DNA of 64,000 nucleotides, taken from the NCBI GenBank assembly GCA_965644265.1, contig OZ286475.1:45632001-45696000 (forward strand). Reading direction: 5' to 3'. A program made the translations under genes and the position numbers. The stretch is from Glycera tridactyla (lineage: Eukaryota). How positions within the stretch are numbered: position 1 is the stretch's first letter; each line of letters starts with the position of its first letter. The notes below the pieces were generated by a model. That model had not been told where the DNA came from. It saw only the letters and a list, made by a program, of their open reading frames with translations, and did no database searches. This document shows positions 29,401-44,400 of the stretch, piece after piece.

Positions 29401-32400
29401 TGGTATCTGTAATACCTGAGGGAATACAATTTTCACTTCCACTCATTACATGAGCAACGAGGTATCACACTACTGAAATTCTGTTTTGAATATAGCGCTA
29501 GAACACTGGAAAGCATTGATAGGATTTGAATGTTTCTCACTATTTCTGTTCCAGCAATACTTTCAACAAGTATGGATGTCACCCCATCGACTGAATTTAT
29601 AGGCATCCAATGTCCAGGTGAGTATTTAGCATGTGGTGGCCCCAAATCCATATGTTTGTAATGACCCATCATGAAGAAGATGAATTATATGTGAGTATTC
29701 TGGTGAATAGTCTTGCTGTATAAGTGATATGAGGATATTGAAGGTTCCTCTGGTGATTACTGTCCCATTTGGAAGGTTCACATCAAACTGGGAGAACCCA
29801 CACCATATATCAATAACATTGCATGATGGAAAATGAGAGGTTATCGAATGTTCAGCTAATGTATGAATGAAAACAGGCATATCCCATATAGAAAGAATCA
29901 TGAAAATGATAAACTGCTGCACTTGGTAACCTATACAATGTCTCCTGAATTTCGCTTTTTCACAGGACCAACAGCTGAAGGTGGTCTGGGTACAGATGCA
30001 GGCTCGCCGTGTGTATTCCCCTTCACCTACCGTGACGAGGTCTACAATGAGTGCACATCAGAGAGGCATGATCGACCCTGGTGTTCAACAACTGACAACT
30101 ATGAGGTTGACAGACAATGGGGAGAATGTATTGGTATGTTATAGCCTAGATTCGTCCAGACAGCTGATAAATTGTGCGGGAAGTACTTTGTAACTTATTT
30201 CCTGCCCTCTCGATCAAATTACTCATTATGATGCGCCTGAAGCAGATGATTCAAATTAAAAGGGAATTTCCTATTTGTCCTATCAATGTTATCCCAATTT
30301 AGGAGATGAAGGAGGATAGTTATGAGGTATGGAGATTTCCACTGTTCTGCTTGCAATTCTGCACAGAAGAGAATCAGTTAATCATTTGACAATGGCTCCT
30401 TTGTCATATCACTTGCAGTGGTGATAACCGATTTGTTTCATGATGTTTCAGTTAGAACTGACTCTGGGGATGATTGTGTTTTCCCTTTCACCTATGATGG
30501 TGAAACATACAACGAATGTACATCTGTGGACCAGAATTCACGTTGGTGTGCAACTGTTGGATCACTAGGTGGATTTGGTAACCTCAACCGATGGGGATTC
30601 TGTGATATTCAGTGTAAGTCAAGCATCAAATAGAAACTCCCTGATATCATGATTCGCAAAGCACCTATCAATGCTAGCTGATGATACCACCTAAGGCTGC
30701 TCCTTTTACCATACAAGCTTGTAAAGAATGGTATGAGCATTGTCAGCTTCCAAAGATCGCAGTGTATCGATCTACTCCTAAACGTGAATCGTCATATACC
30801 CTGAATTGATAAGATGAAAAACAGCATACTAAAAACCTACTGTTTGAAAGAATATCTCATCAAAATGTTGCATGTTCTTCGATATCCATGGTTATCACAT
30901 ATGGTCAGCATCACTGAAAATAAAATTATATTTTCATTAGATTTTTGGCTATCAGTTGTTGTCGGCCCATATGCATAACAAGGCTCTTCCCTGAACGTGA
31001 TTGTCTTACTTATTTCAGCTCGTACGTTTTGAAGATTTGAATGTCACTTACATTTTTCAGATGTGCCTGACTGCTTGACAACGAGATTATCCCAATCTAC
31101 ATGTGAGCATCCTGATTTTTCATGATGACACTGTTACTAATGAACTCATGTTAAGTAGAACCAGGATGAGTTCACACTTTCCCCCTTCCCCCATGAGGAT
31201 GTCTACTTTTCTTTGTGATACGATTACTATCCTAAAAGGTTGTAGTGTACTTTGGGATATTGGTATAGGATACATATGCTATCCTGATTATGGTATCGCA
31301 ATTTATACAAAATATATATATTCATATATATGTATGTAATATGTATATGTTAGTATTCCTCATCTTTAATGCCTATGTAGATCGACCATGACATGATACA
31401 ATCCTATTCTCTCAGGATCGAGTATCAACAGCCTCCAGCCAATTAAATATTTAGATATGCCATCAATAGGTTCATCATGTTCATGTGAAGTAGGTGAAAG
31501 TGTGGCTGAACTGTCAGCTACTTCCACTAGACAACCTTTCAGGTTCCCCATCCTCTTGTGTTCAGGGTTCGTGAGAGATATCTGCAGGGAAAAGAACATC
31601 TAGCTTTCATCCGCTAGGAACACATCGCATACATAACCCAGGGTTGATACATGCCGTCAGACCTCAAAGGAAACTGAAAAATGCTCATATTGAAAATCCT
31701 AGATTTCGGAGAAAGTGATAAATGATAGACATGAGTTCATACCAGATAAAATGCAATAACAGAATTAGGACTTTTCTGATAAATCATTGTGGGATCTCTA
31801 ATACCTGAGGGGATACAAATTCCACTTCCACTCATTACATAAGCAACGAGGTATCACACTACTAGAATTACGTTTTAAAAAAAGCTCTAGAACACTGAAA
31901 AGCATTGATAGGATTTGAATGTTTTTTACTGCTTCTGTTCCAGCAATACTTTCAACAAGTATGGATGTCACCCCATCGACTGAATTTATGGGCATCCAAT
32001 GTCCAGGTGAGTATTTAGCATGTGGTGGCCCCGAATCCATATGTTTGTAATGACCCATCATGAAGAAGATGAATCTTATGTGAGCATTCTGGTGAATAGC
32101 CTTGCTGTATAAGTGGTATGAGAATATTGATGGTTCCTCTGGTGATTACTGTCCCATTTGAAAGGTTCACATCAAACTTGGAGGACCCACACCATATATC
32201 GATAACATTGCATGAGATTTATCGAATGTTCAGCTAATGTATGAATGGAAACAGACATATCCTATATAGGAAGAATCATGAAATTGATAAACTGCTGCAC
32301 TTGGTAACCTATACAATGTCTCTTGAATCTCGCTTTTTCACAGGACCAACAGCTGAAGGTGGTCTGGGTACAGATGCAGGCTTGCCGTGTGTATTCCCCT

Positions 32401-35400
32401 TCACCTACCGTGACGAGGTCTACAATGAGTGCACATCAGTGAGGCATGATCGACCCTGGTGTTCAACAACTGACAACTATGAGGTTGACAGACAATGGGG
32501 AGAATGTATTGGTATGTTATAGCCTAGATTCGTCCAGACGGCTGATAAATTGTACCAGAAGTACTTTGTAACTTATTTCCTGCCCTCTCGATCAAATTAC
32601 TCATTATGATGCACCTGAAGCAGATGATTCAAATTAAAAAGGGATTTCCTATTTGTCCTATCAATGTTATCCCAATTTAGGAGATGGAGGAGGATAATCA
32701 TGAGGTTTGGAGATTTCCACTGTTCTGCTTGCAATTCTGCACAGAAGAGAATCAGTTAATCATTTGACAATGGCTGCTTCGTCATATCACTTGCAGTGGT
32801 AATAACCGATTTGTTTCATGTTGTTTCAGTTAGAACTGACTCTGGGGATGATTGTGTTTTCCCTTTCACCTATGATGGTGAAACATACAACGAATGTACA
32901 TCTGTGGACCAGAATTCACGTTGGTGTGCAACTGTTGGATCACTAGGTGGATTTGGTAACCTCAACCGATGGGGATTCTGTGATATTCAGTGTAAGTTAG
33001 ACATCAAAAAGAAACTCCCTGATATCATGATTCGCAAAGCACCTATCAATGCTAGCTAATGATACCACCTAGGGCTGCTCCTTTCACCATACAAGCTTGT
33101 GAAGGATGGTATGAGCAGCTTCCAAAGATTGGAGTGTGTTGATCTACTCCTAAACGTGACTTGTCATATACCCTGAATTGATGAGATGAAAAACCAACAT
33201 ACTAAAAACCTACTGTTTGAAAGAATATCTCATCAAAATGTTGCATATTCTTCGATATCCATGGTTATCACATATGGTCAGCATCACTGACAATAAAATT
33301 ATATTTTCATAAGATTTTTGGCTATCAGTTGTTGTCGGCCCATATGCAAAACAAGACTCTTTCCTGAACGTTATTGTCTTACTTATTTTAGCTTGTATGT
33401 TTTGAAGATTTTGAATGTCAGTTACATTTTTCAGATGTGCCTGACTGCTTGACAACAAGCATATCACCATCTACATGTAAGCATCCTGATTTTTCATAAT
33501 GACACTCATTTTAAGTACGACCAGGATGAGTTCTCACTTTCCCCTCATCCCTCATGAGGATGTCTACTTGTCTTTTGTGATTTGATTACCATTCCAAATG
33601 ATGTTGTGTACTTTGGGATATTGTTATAACATTCATATGCTATTCTGATTATGGTATCGCAATTTATACAAATATGTCCATATTGATGATTGACAAACTG
33701 CAAATCCAGACCTATGTATATGTTATTGATCCTCATCCTTAATGCCTATGTAGATCGACCATGACATGATACAATCTTATTCTCTCAGGATCGAGTATCA
33801 ACAGCTTTCGGCCAGTTGAATAGATAGATATGCAATCAATAGGCTGATCGTGTTCATGTGAAGTAGGTGGAGGCCTGTCTGTACTGTTAGCTACTTCCAC
33901 TAGAGACTTTCAGATTTCCGTCGACTTGTCTTCAGGGTTTGTGAGAGATATATCAGCAGGGGAGAGAACATTTAGCTTTCATCCGCTAGGAACACATGGC
34001 ATACATAATCGTAGGGTTGACATGCCGTCAAACCACAAACGAAACCAAAAAAAGCTCATATTGAAAATCCTAGATTTCGAAGAAAGTGATGAGCGTATAG
34101 ACATGAGTTCATACCAGGGAAACAGCAATAACAGAATTAGGACTCTTCTGGTAAATCATTGTAGTTTCTGTAATACCTGAGGGAATACAATTTTCACTTC
34201 CACTCATTACATAGGCAACTAGGTATCACACTACTAAAATTCTGTTTCAAATAAAGCTCTAGAACACTGAAAAGCATTGACAGGATTTGAATGTTTTTAC
34301 TGCTTCTGTTCCAGCAATACTTTCAACAAGTATGGATGTCACCCCATCGACTGAATTTATAGGCATCCAATGTCCAGGTGAGTATTTAGCATGTGGTGGC
34401 CCCAAATCCATATGTTTGTAATGACCCATCATGAAGAAGATGAATTATATGTGAGCATTCTGGTGAATAGCCTCGCTGTATAAGTGGTATGAGAATATTG
34501 AAGGTTCCTCTGGTGATTACTGTCCCATTTTGAAGGTCCACATCAAACTGAGAGAACCCACACCATATATCAATAACATTGCATGAGATTTATCGAATGT
34601 TCAGCTAATGTATGGATGAAAACAGACATATCCCATATAGAAAGAATCATGAAAATGATAAACTGCTGCACTTGGTAACCTATACAATGTCTCTTTGGAT
34701 CTCGCCTTTTCACAGGACCAACAGCTGAAGGTGGTCTGGGTACAGATGCAGGCTTGCCGTGTGTATTCCCCTTCACCTACCGTGACGAGGTCTACAATGA
34801 GTGCACATCAGTGAGGCATGATCGACCCTGGTGTTCAACAACTGACAACTATGAGGGTGACAGACAATGGGGAGAATGTATTGGTATGTTATATCCTAGA
34901 TTTGTCCAGACAGCTGATAAATTGTGTGGGAAGTACTTCGTAACTTATTTCCTGCCCTCTCGATCAAATTACCCATTATGATGCACCTGAAGCAGATGAT
35001 TCAAATTAAAAAGGGATTTCCTATTTGTCCTATCAATATTATTCCAATTTAGGAGATGGAGAAGGATAATTATGAAGTTTGGAGATTTCCACTGTTCCGC
35101 TTGCAATTTTGGACAGAAGAGAATCAGTTAATCATTTGACAATGGCTGCTTTGTCATTTGACTTGAAGTGGTAATAACCGATCTGTTTCATGTTGTTTCA
35201 GTTAGAACTGACTCTGGGGATGATTGTGTTTTCCCTTTCACCTATAATGGTGAAACATACAACGAATGTACATCTGTGGACCAGAATTCACGTTGGTGTG
35301 CAACTGTTGGATCACTAGGTGGATTTGGTAACCTCAACCGATGGGGATTCTGTGATATTCAGTGTAAGTCAAACATCGAATAGAAACTCCCTGATATCAT

Positions 35401-38400
35401 GATTCGCAAAGCACCTATCAATGCTAGCTGATGATACCACCTAAGGCTGCTCTTTTCACCATACAAGCTCATAGAGAATGGTATGAGCATTGCCAGCTTC
35501 CAAAGATGGGAGTGTATCGATCTACTCGTAAACGTGAATTGTCATATACTCTGAATTGATGAGATGAAAAACAACATACTAAAAAACTACTGTTTGAAAG
35601 AATATCTCATCAAAATGTTGCATGTTCTTCGATATCCATGGTTATCACATATGGTCAGCATCACTCACAATAAAATTATATTTTCATTAGATTTTCGGCT
35701 ATCAGTTGTTGTCAGCCCATATGCAAAACAAGACTCTCTCCTGAACGTGATTGTCTTACTTATTTCAGCTTGTACGTTTTGAAGATTTTGAATGTCACTT
35801 ACATGTTTCAGATGTGCCTGACTGCTTGACAACAAGCATATCACCATCTACATGTAAGCATCCTGATTTTTCATAATGACACAGTTACTAGTGAACTCAT
35901 TCTAAGTACAACCAGGATGAGTTCTCACTTTCCCCTCATCCCCCATGAGGATGTCTACGTGTCTTTTGTGATTCGATTACTATTCCAAATGATGTTGTGT
36001 ACTTTGGGATATTGGTATAACATTCATATGCTATCCTGATTATGGTATCGCAATTTATACAAGTATGTCCATATTGATGATTGACAAACAGCAAATCCAG
36101 CCCTATTCATATGTTATTGATCCTCATTCTTCATGCCTATGTTAATTGACCATGACATGATACAATCTTATTCTCTCAGGATCGAGTATCAACAGCTTTC
36201 GGCCAGTTGAATAGATAGATATGTAATCAATAGGTTCATCGTGTTCATATAAAGAATGTGGAGGCCTGTCTGTACTGTTAGCTACTTCAACTAGACAACC
36301 TTTCAGGTTTCCATCAACTTGTCTTCAGGGTTTGTGAGAGATATCTGCAGGGGAGAGAACATCTAACTCTCATCCGCGAGGAACACATGGCATACATAAC
36401 CCTAGGGTCCATACATGTCGTCAAACCTCAAATGAAACAAAAAAAGCTCATATTGAAAATCCTATATTTCTGAGGAAGTGTTGAGCATATAGACATGAGT
36501 TCATACCAGATAAAATACATTAACAGAATAAGGACTTTTCTGGTAAATCATTGTGGTATCTGTAATACCTGAGGGGATACAATTTTCACCTCCACTCATT
36601 ACATAAGCAACGAGGTATCACACTACAGTAATTCTGATTTAAATATGGCGCTAGAACACTGAAAAGCATTGATAGGATTTGAATGTTTTTCACTGCTTCT
36701 GTTCCAGCAATACTTTCAACAAGTATGGATGTCACCCCATCAACTGAATTTATAGGCATCCAATGTCCAGGTGAGTATTTAGCATGTGGTGGCCCCAAAT
36801 CCATATGTTTGTAATGACCCATCATGAAGAAGATGAATCTTATGTGAGCATTCTGGTGAATAGCCTTGCTATATAAATGGTATGAGAATATTGATGGTTC
36901 CTCTGGTGATTACTGTCCCATTTGAAAGGTCCACATCAAACTGAGAGAACCCACACCATATATCAATAACATTGCATGAGATTTATTGAATGATCAGCTA
37001 ATGTATGGATGAAAACAGGCATATCCCATATAGAAAGATTCATGCAAATGATAAACTGCTGCACTTGGTAATCTATACAATGTCTCTTGAATCTCGCTTT
37101 TCCATAGGACCAACAGCTGAAGGTGGTCTGGGTACAGATGCAGGCTCGCCGTGTGTATTCCCCTTCACCTACCGTGACGAGGTCTACAATGAGTGCACAT
37201 CAGTGAGGCATGATCGACCCTGGTGTTCAACAACTGACAACTATGAGGGTGACAGACAATGGGGAGAATGTATTGGTATGTTATATCCTAGATTTGTCCA
37301 GACAGCTGATAAATTGTGTGGGAAGTACTTCGTAACTTATTTCCTGCCCTCTCGATCAAATTAATCATTATGATGCACCTGAAGCAGATGATGCTAATTC
37401 AAAGGGAATTTTCTATTTGTTCTATCAATGTTATACCAATTTAGGAGATGGAGGAGGATAATTATGAGGTTTGGAGATTTCCACTGTCTCGCTTGCAATT
37501 CTGCACAGAAGAGAATCAGTTAATCATTTGACAATGGCTGCTTTGTCATATCACTTGAGGTGGTACTAACCAATTTTGTTTCATGATGTTTCAGTTAGAA
37601 CTGACTCTGGGGATGATTGTGTTTTCCCTTTCACCTATAATGGTGAAACATACAACGAATGTACATCTGTGGACCAGAATTCATGTTGGTGTGCAACTGT
37701 TGGATCACTAAGTGGATTTGGTAACCTCAACCGATGGGGATTCTGTGATATTCAGTGTAAGTCAAACATCGAATAGAAACTCCCTGATATCATGATTCGC
37801 AAAGCACCTATCAATGCTAGCTAATGATACCACCTAAGGCTGCTCCTTCCACCATACAAGCCTGTAAAGAATGGTATGAGCATTGTCAGCTTCCAAAGAT
37901 TGGAGTGTATCGATCTACTTGTTAACGTGAATTGTCATATACCCTGAATTGATAAGATGAAAAAAAACATACTACAAAACTACTGTTTGAAAGAATATCT
38001 CATCAAAATGTTGCATGTTCTTCGATATCCATGGTTATCACATATGGTTAGCATCGTTCACAATAAAATCATATTTTCATTAGATTTTTTGCTATCAGTT
38101 GTTGTCGGCCCATATGCAAAACAAGACTCTTTCCTGAACGTGATTGTCTCACTTATTTTAGCTTGTATGTTTTGAAGATTTGAATCCCACTTACATGTTT
38201 CAGATGTGCCTGACTGCTTGACAACAAGTTTACCACCAACAACATGTAAGTATTCTGATTTCTTTATAAGAAGGGATACTAGCAAGTCAGTGTCATGTAC
38301 CACCAGAATTGAAAAGCATGCTACCTCAATCCCTTGAATTTATGCCAATATATCATTTTTTTAACCAGAGAACAGTGGAATGTGCTTGGATATATGGGTA

Positions 38401-41400
38401 TAGTGTACTCAGGTATTCACCAGTCTGCACATACCTGTGACCCATTTCGATGTCTAGGCATTCCATTCATATCATGCTGCAACCGCATACCCTCAGAGTG
38501 ATTATCAGAAGGATAATATTCATTCTATATATGCAGGAATCAATTATGGATCTTGTTTTGGGGGAGATCATTGTGATATACGCATAAGATACTCATCAAA
38601 TGGCCTCACTTTGAAAACAACATTGAAACAGGCACCATTCTTTTTGTTTACATTTCGACTGTGATAGGATTCCTAAGTATTTCACTCTTTCTGTTCCAGC
38701 AATACTCTCGACAAGTATGACAGTCATCACATCAACTCAGTTTTTGGGTATCCAATGCCCAGGTAAGTATTTTGACTCCTGGTACGACTTTTCATCAGTA
38801 GTCCATGATGAAGAAAGAGAAGCTATCAAACAATTGGACAATCTACATCAAATGTATATATCTGTAGGCATACACTTTGATATATGGGTGGAAGTGAAGA
38901 TTGTATCCTCCTTATGATTAGGCTTCATAATTCTTGATTGAGTGATGCGTATTTGGTCAAGCACATCTTCCCCTCATCAATCATTTTATTTTCGAAATAC
39001 AATCCACTTGCCATTCACATCAGTCAACGTATTAGATATCAAAAGTTGCATTGTGAACAAATCAATATTTAGGTGTGTCTATTTGATATAATCAGACACA
39101 ACATTATTACATTACACATTACAATATTATATAAATGAGTGGCAGCATGTCCGTATACTTTCTGCATTTCACACTTCACACACACACTGATTCACCTACA
39201 CTATTAACTCAGAAACAGCAGACAGTATATATATATCTGTAGATATACACTATGATTTATGAGTAGCAGCGAAAATTCCGTCCTCACAATTATTTTGCCA
39301 TTCAAAAGATCTAAATTTGTCACCTCTTCATTTATCTTTATGTATACATCCTGTCAGCTCTTGGATGAAACAAAGAGACAAGTGAATACATGATGGCCAT
39401 CAACACTAGACTCATTGAAAATCGAGATGTACCTAAGACTCAAGAAACAGCCTTTTTGATAATGTAGCTCACAGAAGGTAGTTTCGCACGTGGGAGACGG
39501 AACATGATGTGTGGCCATGATTCATTATTGTACTTGTCTTTGTATACAATTTCTTTTGACTCTTTTCTTACTGACAGGACCAACAGCTGAGGATGGTATT
39601 GGTACAGATGCCGGCTCAACATGTGTTTTCCCCTTCACCTACCGTGACGAGGTCTACAATGAGTGCACATCAGTCAGGCATGATCGACCCTGGTGTTCAA
39701 CAACTGACAACTATGAGGGTGACAGACAATGGGGAGAATGTATTGGTGAGTTCTGTTCAATATTGTTCAGCAAGAAACTCAATCATATACTATCAACGAA
39801 AATCCTAGAAAGAGAGCAAGAAAATTGCACGCAAAACATTGTCTATTATTGTGAGGACGAGGTAAAGATTGAATACCATTGATTTCAGTACCTTATCTCA
39901 TTCTCATCACTCTCTAATTATCAAGCCTGGTAATGTAATTAATATATCTATGATAAATCTCACTCATGGGAAGGCCAACCATGTGTGTTAGTGTTTGTGC
40001 TGTGTGCATGTGAATGAATAAACCCTGTAATTTCATGAGCTATAAACGTGCTTAAAAAGAGTGCTTTCACCAATAAATCCAAAACAGAACAGATAGAAAA
40101 TTGGGAAACATTTTCCCACAGTATATTGTCTGAACAATATATTTGAAAGAGAACCCTTCTTATGTCACATATGATTCATTGGGGTTGAAGAGATATCAGG
40201 CATCAATCGATCAATCAATCACGATTTTCATTGGGATGTTCAATTCTAATGATCTTGTTGTGTTGGCATTGCTTTCCAGTCATAACAGAATCAGGCAGAG
40301 ATTGTACCTTCCCATTCACTTATAATGGGATTGAGTACACCGAGTGTACGTCTGTGGACCAGAATCGGCGGTGGTGTGGTACAGTTGCGTCGCTAAATGG
40401 CTTTGGTAACAGCAATCGATGGGACTTCTGTGACATAAAATGTGAGTAGAGTAACAAAATCTCATACCATGAGATGATCATGACTACAGGACAACAAAGG
40501 TCTTTTCCACATCTTCCTCTCAAGCAATTAACACATTTGCTTGTTATAAAAGAAAGATTGGAGTCAGTGCCCACCGGTTCTTACATTGCTGATGTTCGTA
40601 TCTTATATTGCTACGATTTATCGTTCATATTGTACATTGCTATGGCTCAATGTTCATAAGTTCAAGTTGAAGTTCAACTGTCGGTACTGTCCTTCGATCA
40701 TAACATCATGACAGTAAACAGACTCAAATTTGCTTTTGACACTTCGATCTTAATATCATGATTGTGAACAACTCAAATTTGTTTTTGATGCTTCGATCTT
40801 AACATCATGGATGTAAACAAACTCAAATTTGTTTCTGACGCTTTGATCATGACAGTAAACAACTCAAAATTGTTTCTGACGCCTTGATCTCAATATCATG
40901 ACAGTAAACAGACCCAAATTTGTTTCTGATGCTTCGATCTTAACATCATGACAGTAAACAGACTCGAATTTGTTTCTGATGCTCTGATCATAACATCATA
41001 ACACCAAAAAAAACTCAATTTTTTCTGACGCTTCGATCTTAACATTATGACAGTTAACAAACTCAAATTTGTCATACAAAATAGGAAGTTCATATTGTAT
41101 ATTTATATGGTCACTTCCCTGATGTTTCAGATGAGCCTGACTGTCCAAGCACCACGGGTGAGTGCCAGTACAAACCAGTGTCTGGGTAACTCAATGAGGC
41201 CAGCATAGAAGAGTTGTAATGGAGTCTGAACAGCACACCAAGTAATTTAATGCGGCACCACACTGTGCTATCAGCACATTCTGGTATACAATAATTCAGT
41301 ATATCATATACAATATCAGCCCGATGTCAGTAGACATTGTTATAACCCTGAAGAATTACATAGGATGATGTGATGGTGACGAAACTAGATATGTGTATTA

Positions 41401-44400
41401 AATCACTCGAAAGAGAAGTATGCTTTTCTACTGATATTAACAAGTTCAGATATATTATTGTCATTCTCTTTAGGAAAACTAATATTTTCATGTCTCATTC
41501 ACAATTTTCCATGGTCTGATTTGATCATAATGCTTCTTCATTCATGAATAGGAGGTGTCAATGTCTGTAAAGACCCTGATTTCTATCCCAACCATGTAAG
41601 TTCACAAGCGTGAGTTTCAGCTCAGTCCATGTACGCGCCCTTCCGTGCATCATATATATTGTTATTTGTCCTGTGAGATGTGATTTGCATATATTTCTCA
41701 CACATGCCTGTTCAATCCTATTCGAAATCTAGGAAAAGAATGATACGCGATGTGATTTGCAACATATTATTCTGCTCATTAAATATTTCTTGCTTGGCTT
41801 ATTGATATCAAGCTATGTCATGTGGTATGCTCATTTACCTCATTATAATGCACTGAGAATTATTCGTAATGACTACTTGTCATTTCCATAAGTACTTGTC
41901 ATTTCCATAAGTACTTGTCATTTCCATAAGTACTAATCCTCTTTTTCAGAAGTGATGTGGAGTGCTTCTTTATGCAGTGCTTCTGCTTCCATTGTGCAGG
42001 TTTGTTGGCGATGCATGCATGAGCTGCCGCTTGGTTCTTATTCATGATTGTGTTTTCATTCACTTCAATCTTTATTGTCTTATTCCTGTCATCTCATAGG
42101 CCTGACTGCATATGACGTTTTTTTAATTAGCTCTTACTCTTCATCCCTCTCCCATGTGGATCTTCAATCCCTCTGAGCCTCTTTTACATTTTGTTCTGCT
42201 TGATATGTTCCAGATTCGGTTCAACTCAAAGAAAGCTAACTTTGGGAAATTGTCAATTCTATGTGTGTAGCCATCACTCTGCTCTGTCCAAATATATGTC
42301 TTTCAGTCTGTATACAATACTATTCATGTAACAAATGTTTGCCGACAGTAATCAACAGAGGATGAAGGTACATTTTGCATATACATGATATTGTATTACT
42401 CGAGTTCTTTTTTCAGGCAGATATGTTGATATTTTTGACAGGAAGATGGAAAGACAGTCAGCAGGTGGACTGCGGAACAGACAGACAGCGAAGTGGAGCA
42501 GAGAGAGAGAGACAGAGATAGGAGGGAGAGAGATAGGAAAAGTTACAGACAAATACAGACAGACAGACAGACAGACAGACCGCCCGACCAACTGACCAAC
42601 TGACTGATTGACCAATCCACCCACTGACTGACTGACTGGCAGACTGACTGACTGACCAATCAATTGAATGACTCACTAACCAACAAAGCAACAGACGGGC
42701 AGACGGACGAACATACATACAGTCAGACAGACAGATGAATGGTCGACCTGATGATAATATGACATCACATCATGTTGTTGATGTCATCATTATTGGTGTG
42801 AACATCGTGATGGTAGGATCGTACCAAATATTTCACCTGACTACACGTAGATGTTAGACTCGCACCCTGTAGAAATAGTTTGTAATGCATCCCGTGTCAG
42901 ATTTCATGTCTGGCAAAGGATCCATTCAGAATAATATCAAACTCTTTTCATCCTCACTTTGGATCAAATTCATGATATATCATATTCTCCATTTTCATAA
43001 CCATTTTCTATGTATAAATGGACTCGAATTCTGATCAATATAATGTACAAAACACTAGGATGAAACGAGTCGTACTACTAATTGCACATGGTGGATGATG
43101 GCGGGAATCATGAGTATTGTCCTTATCAATCTTGAATCAGTTCTTTTATGTTTGAGTTTCCCTATGTTTCAGCCAAAGTAACCACACCTACTACTCGTAT
43201 AATGACATCGTCTTCGATTCTGCCCACAACAAGCATGGCTCTACCAGGTGAGAGATCATACACGTTTTTTGTTCAATGATATTGAGACCGATTGCTATTT
43301 TTTGTTTTATCTCATGAGCTCATTTGAATTGCTTTCAAAATTCTGAATAGATGTCCGATTGATCCACATGAATGCGTGAGTTTATCATTACTTGTCTTCT
43401 GCGTGAAAGCCTCTTCATAGACTATTTTTGTAATACCATCCCGACATATTCCATTTTGCCATATATTTGTTCATCATAGCTTGCGTTTACTATGGTATCC
43501 TGAACTTCAACACCTCAGGCCGATGTGACCTTTGTTACCTGCCTTCTTGAAGATATTTTTTCTCATCACCGTCATTCTATTCATCGTCACCATTCTCACC
43601 CTCCTTCACGATGTCACTATTGTCAGCTTCGTCCTCTTCGTCTTTGTCATGAAGATCGTCATCATAATCATGAAGGTGCACTCTCACTCAGTCCAATCAT
43701 CGATCCATACTGACACACATAGACACCTCGAATCCTCATCCTAGTATACTCAACGTCAACCTTTCTTTGCAGCGGCACTTCACAGAGACACAATTTCATG
43801 CTTTGTTATCACCAGCGAGACTGGAATAAAATTCCTACACCACCACAAGTGATGAGGCTGGTCAAGTAGTCCCTAGATTATGGTAATCTGAGGCAGGGTT
43901 ACAGGGAGTGAGGTGTCACAGCCAGGGTGGAAATTCAATCATTTTACACATCTTATTTTATACTTTCACTGGATTTTATTCTTTAATTGAATTATTCTCA
44001 TAGCTATACTTAGTGCAAATAGTCATATGATGGAGAATGATTTTTTCTTACAATATGCAGACTATAGATGGATCTTGCATAACTACATCCATGATGCATA
44101 AATGTATCACCTTGAGTCATATTTCCTATGTTGAAAATAGTGAAATCAATAGGTACTAATTTGATTTTTTTTATAGAAATATGTATTATTTCACATTTGA
44201 GAACAGTTCTGATTTCTACAGTCCCTTGATGATGTGGGGATGAGGGTAAATCAAGGCCATAAAGTGATGGCCGCTGGGGTAATACCCACTCATAAAACAG
44301 TCAGGGGCAGTTGGGGGACAGGAAGCACCTGTTTATCCCGGGGTGAATGTCAGTAATCTAACCAGTGCCACCAATTACACCAATTATCAGGGCACTACTT

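Larger units (their letters stand above)
28713..38245 (+). repeat. Four tandem ~2.38 kb near-identical segmental copies inside the gene
   Basis: Blocks 28713-31102, 31103-33476, 33477-35853 and 35854-38245 share introns as well as exons. Confidence 0.85.

Noticed and set aside
43773-43882. Candidate extra linker exon after ttgcag
   Set aside because: The phase-1 frame hits TGA near 43850 and the other frames also stop.
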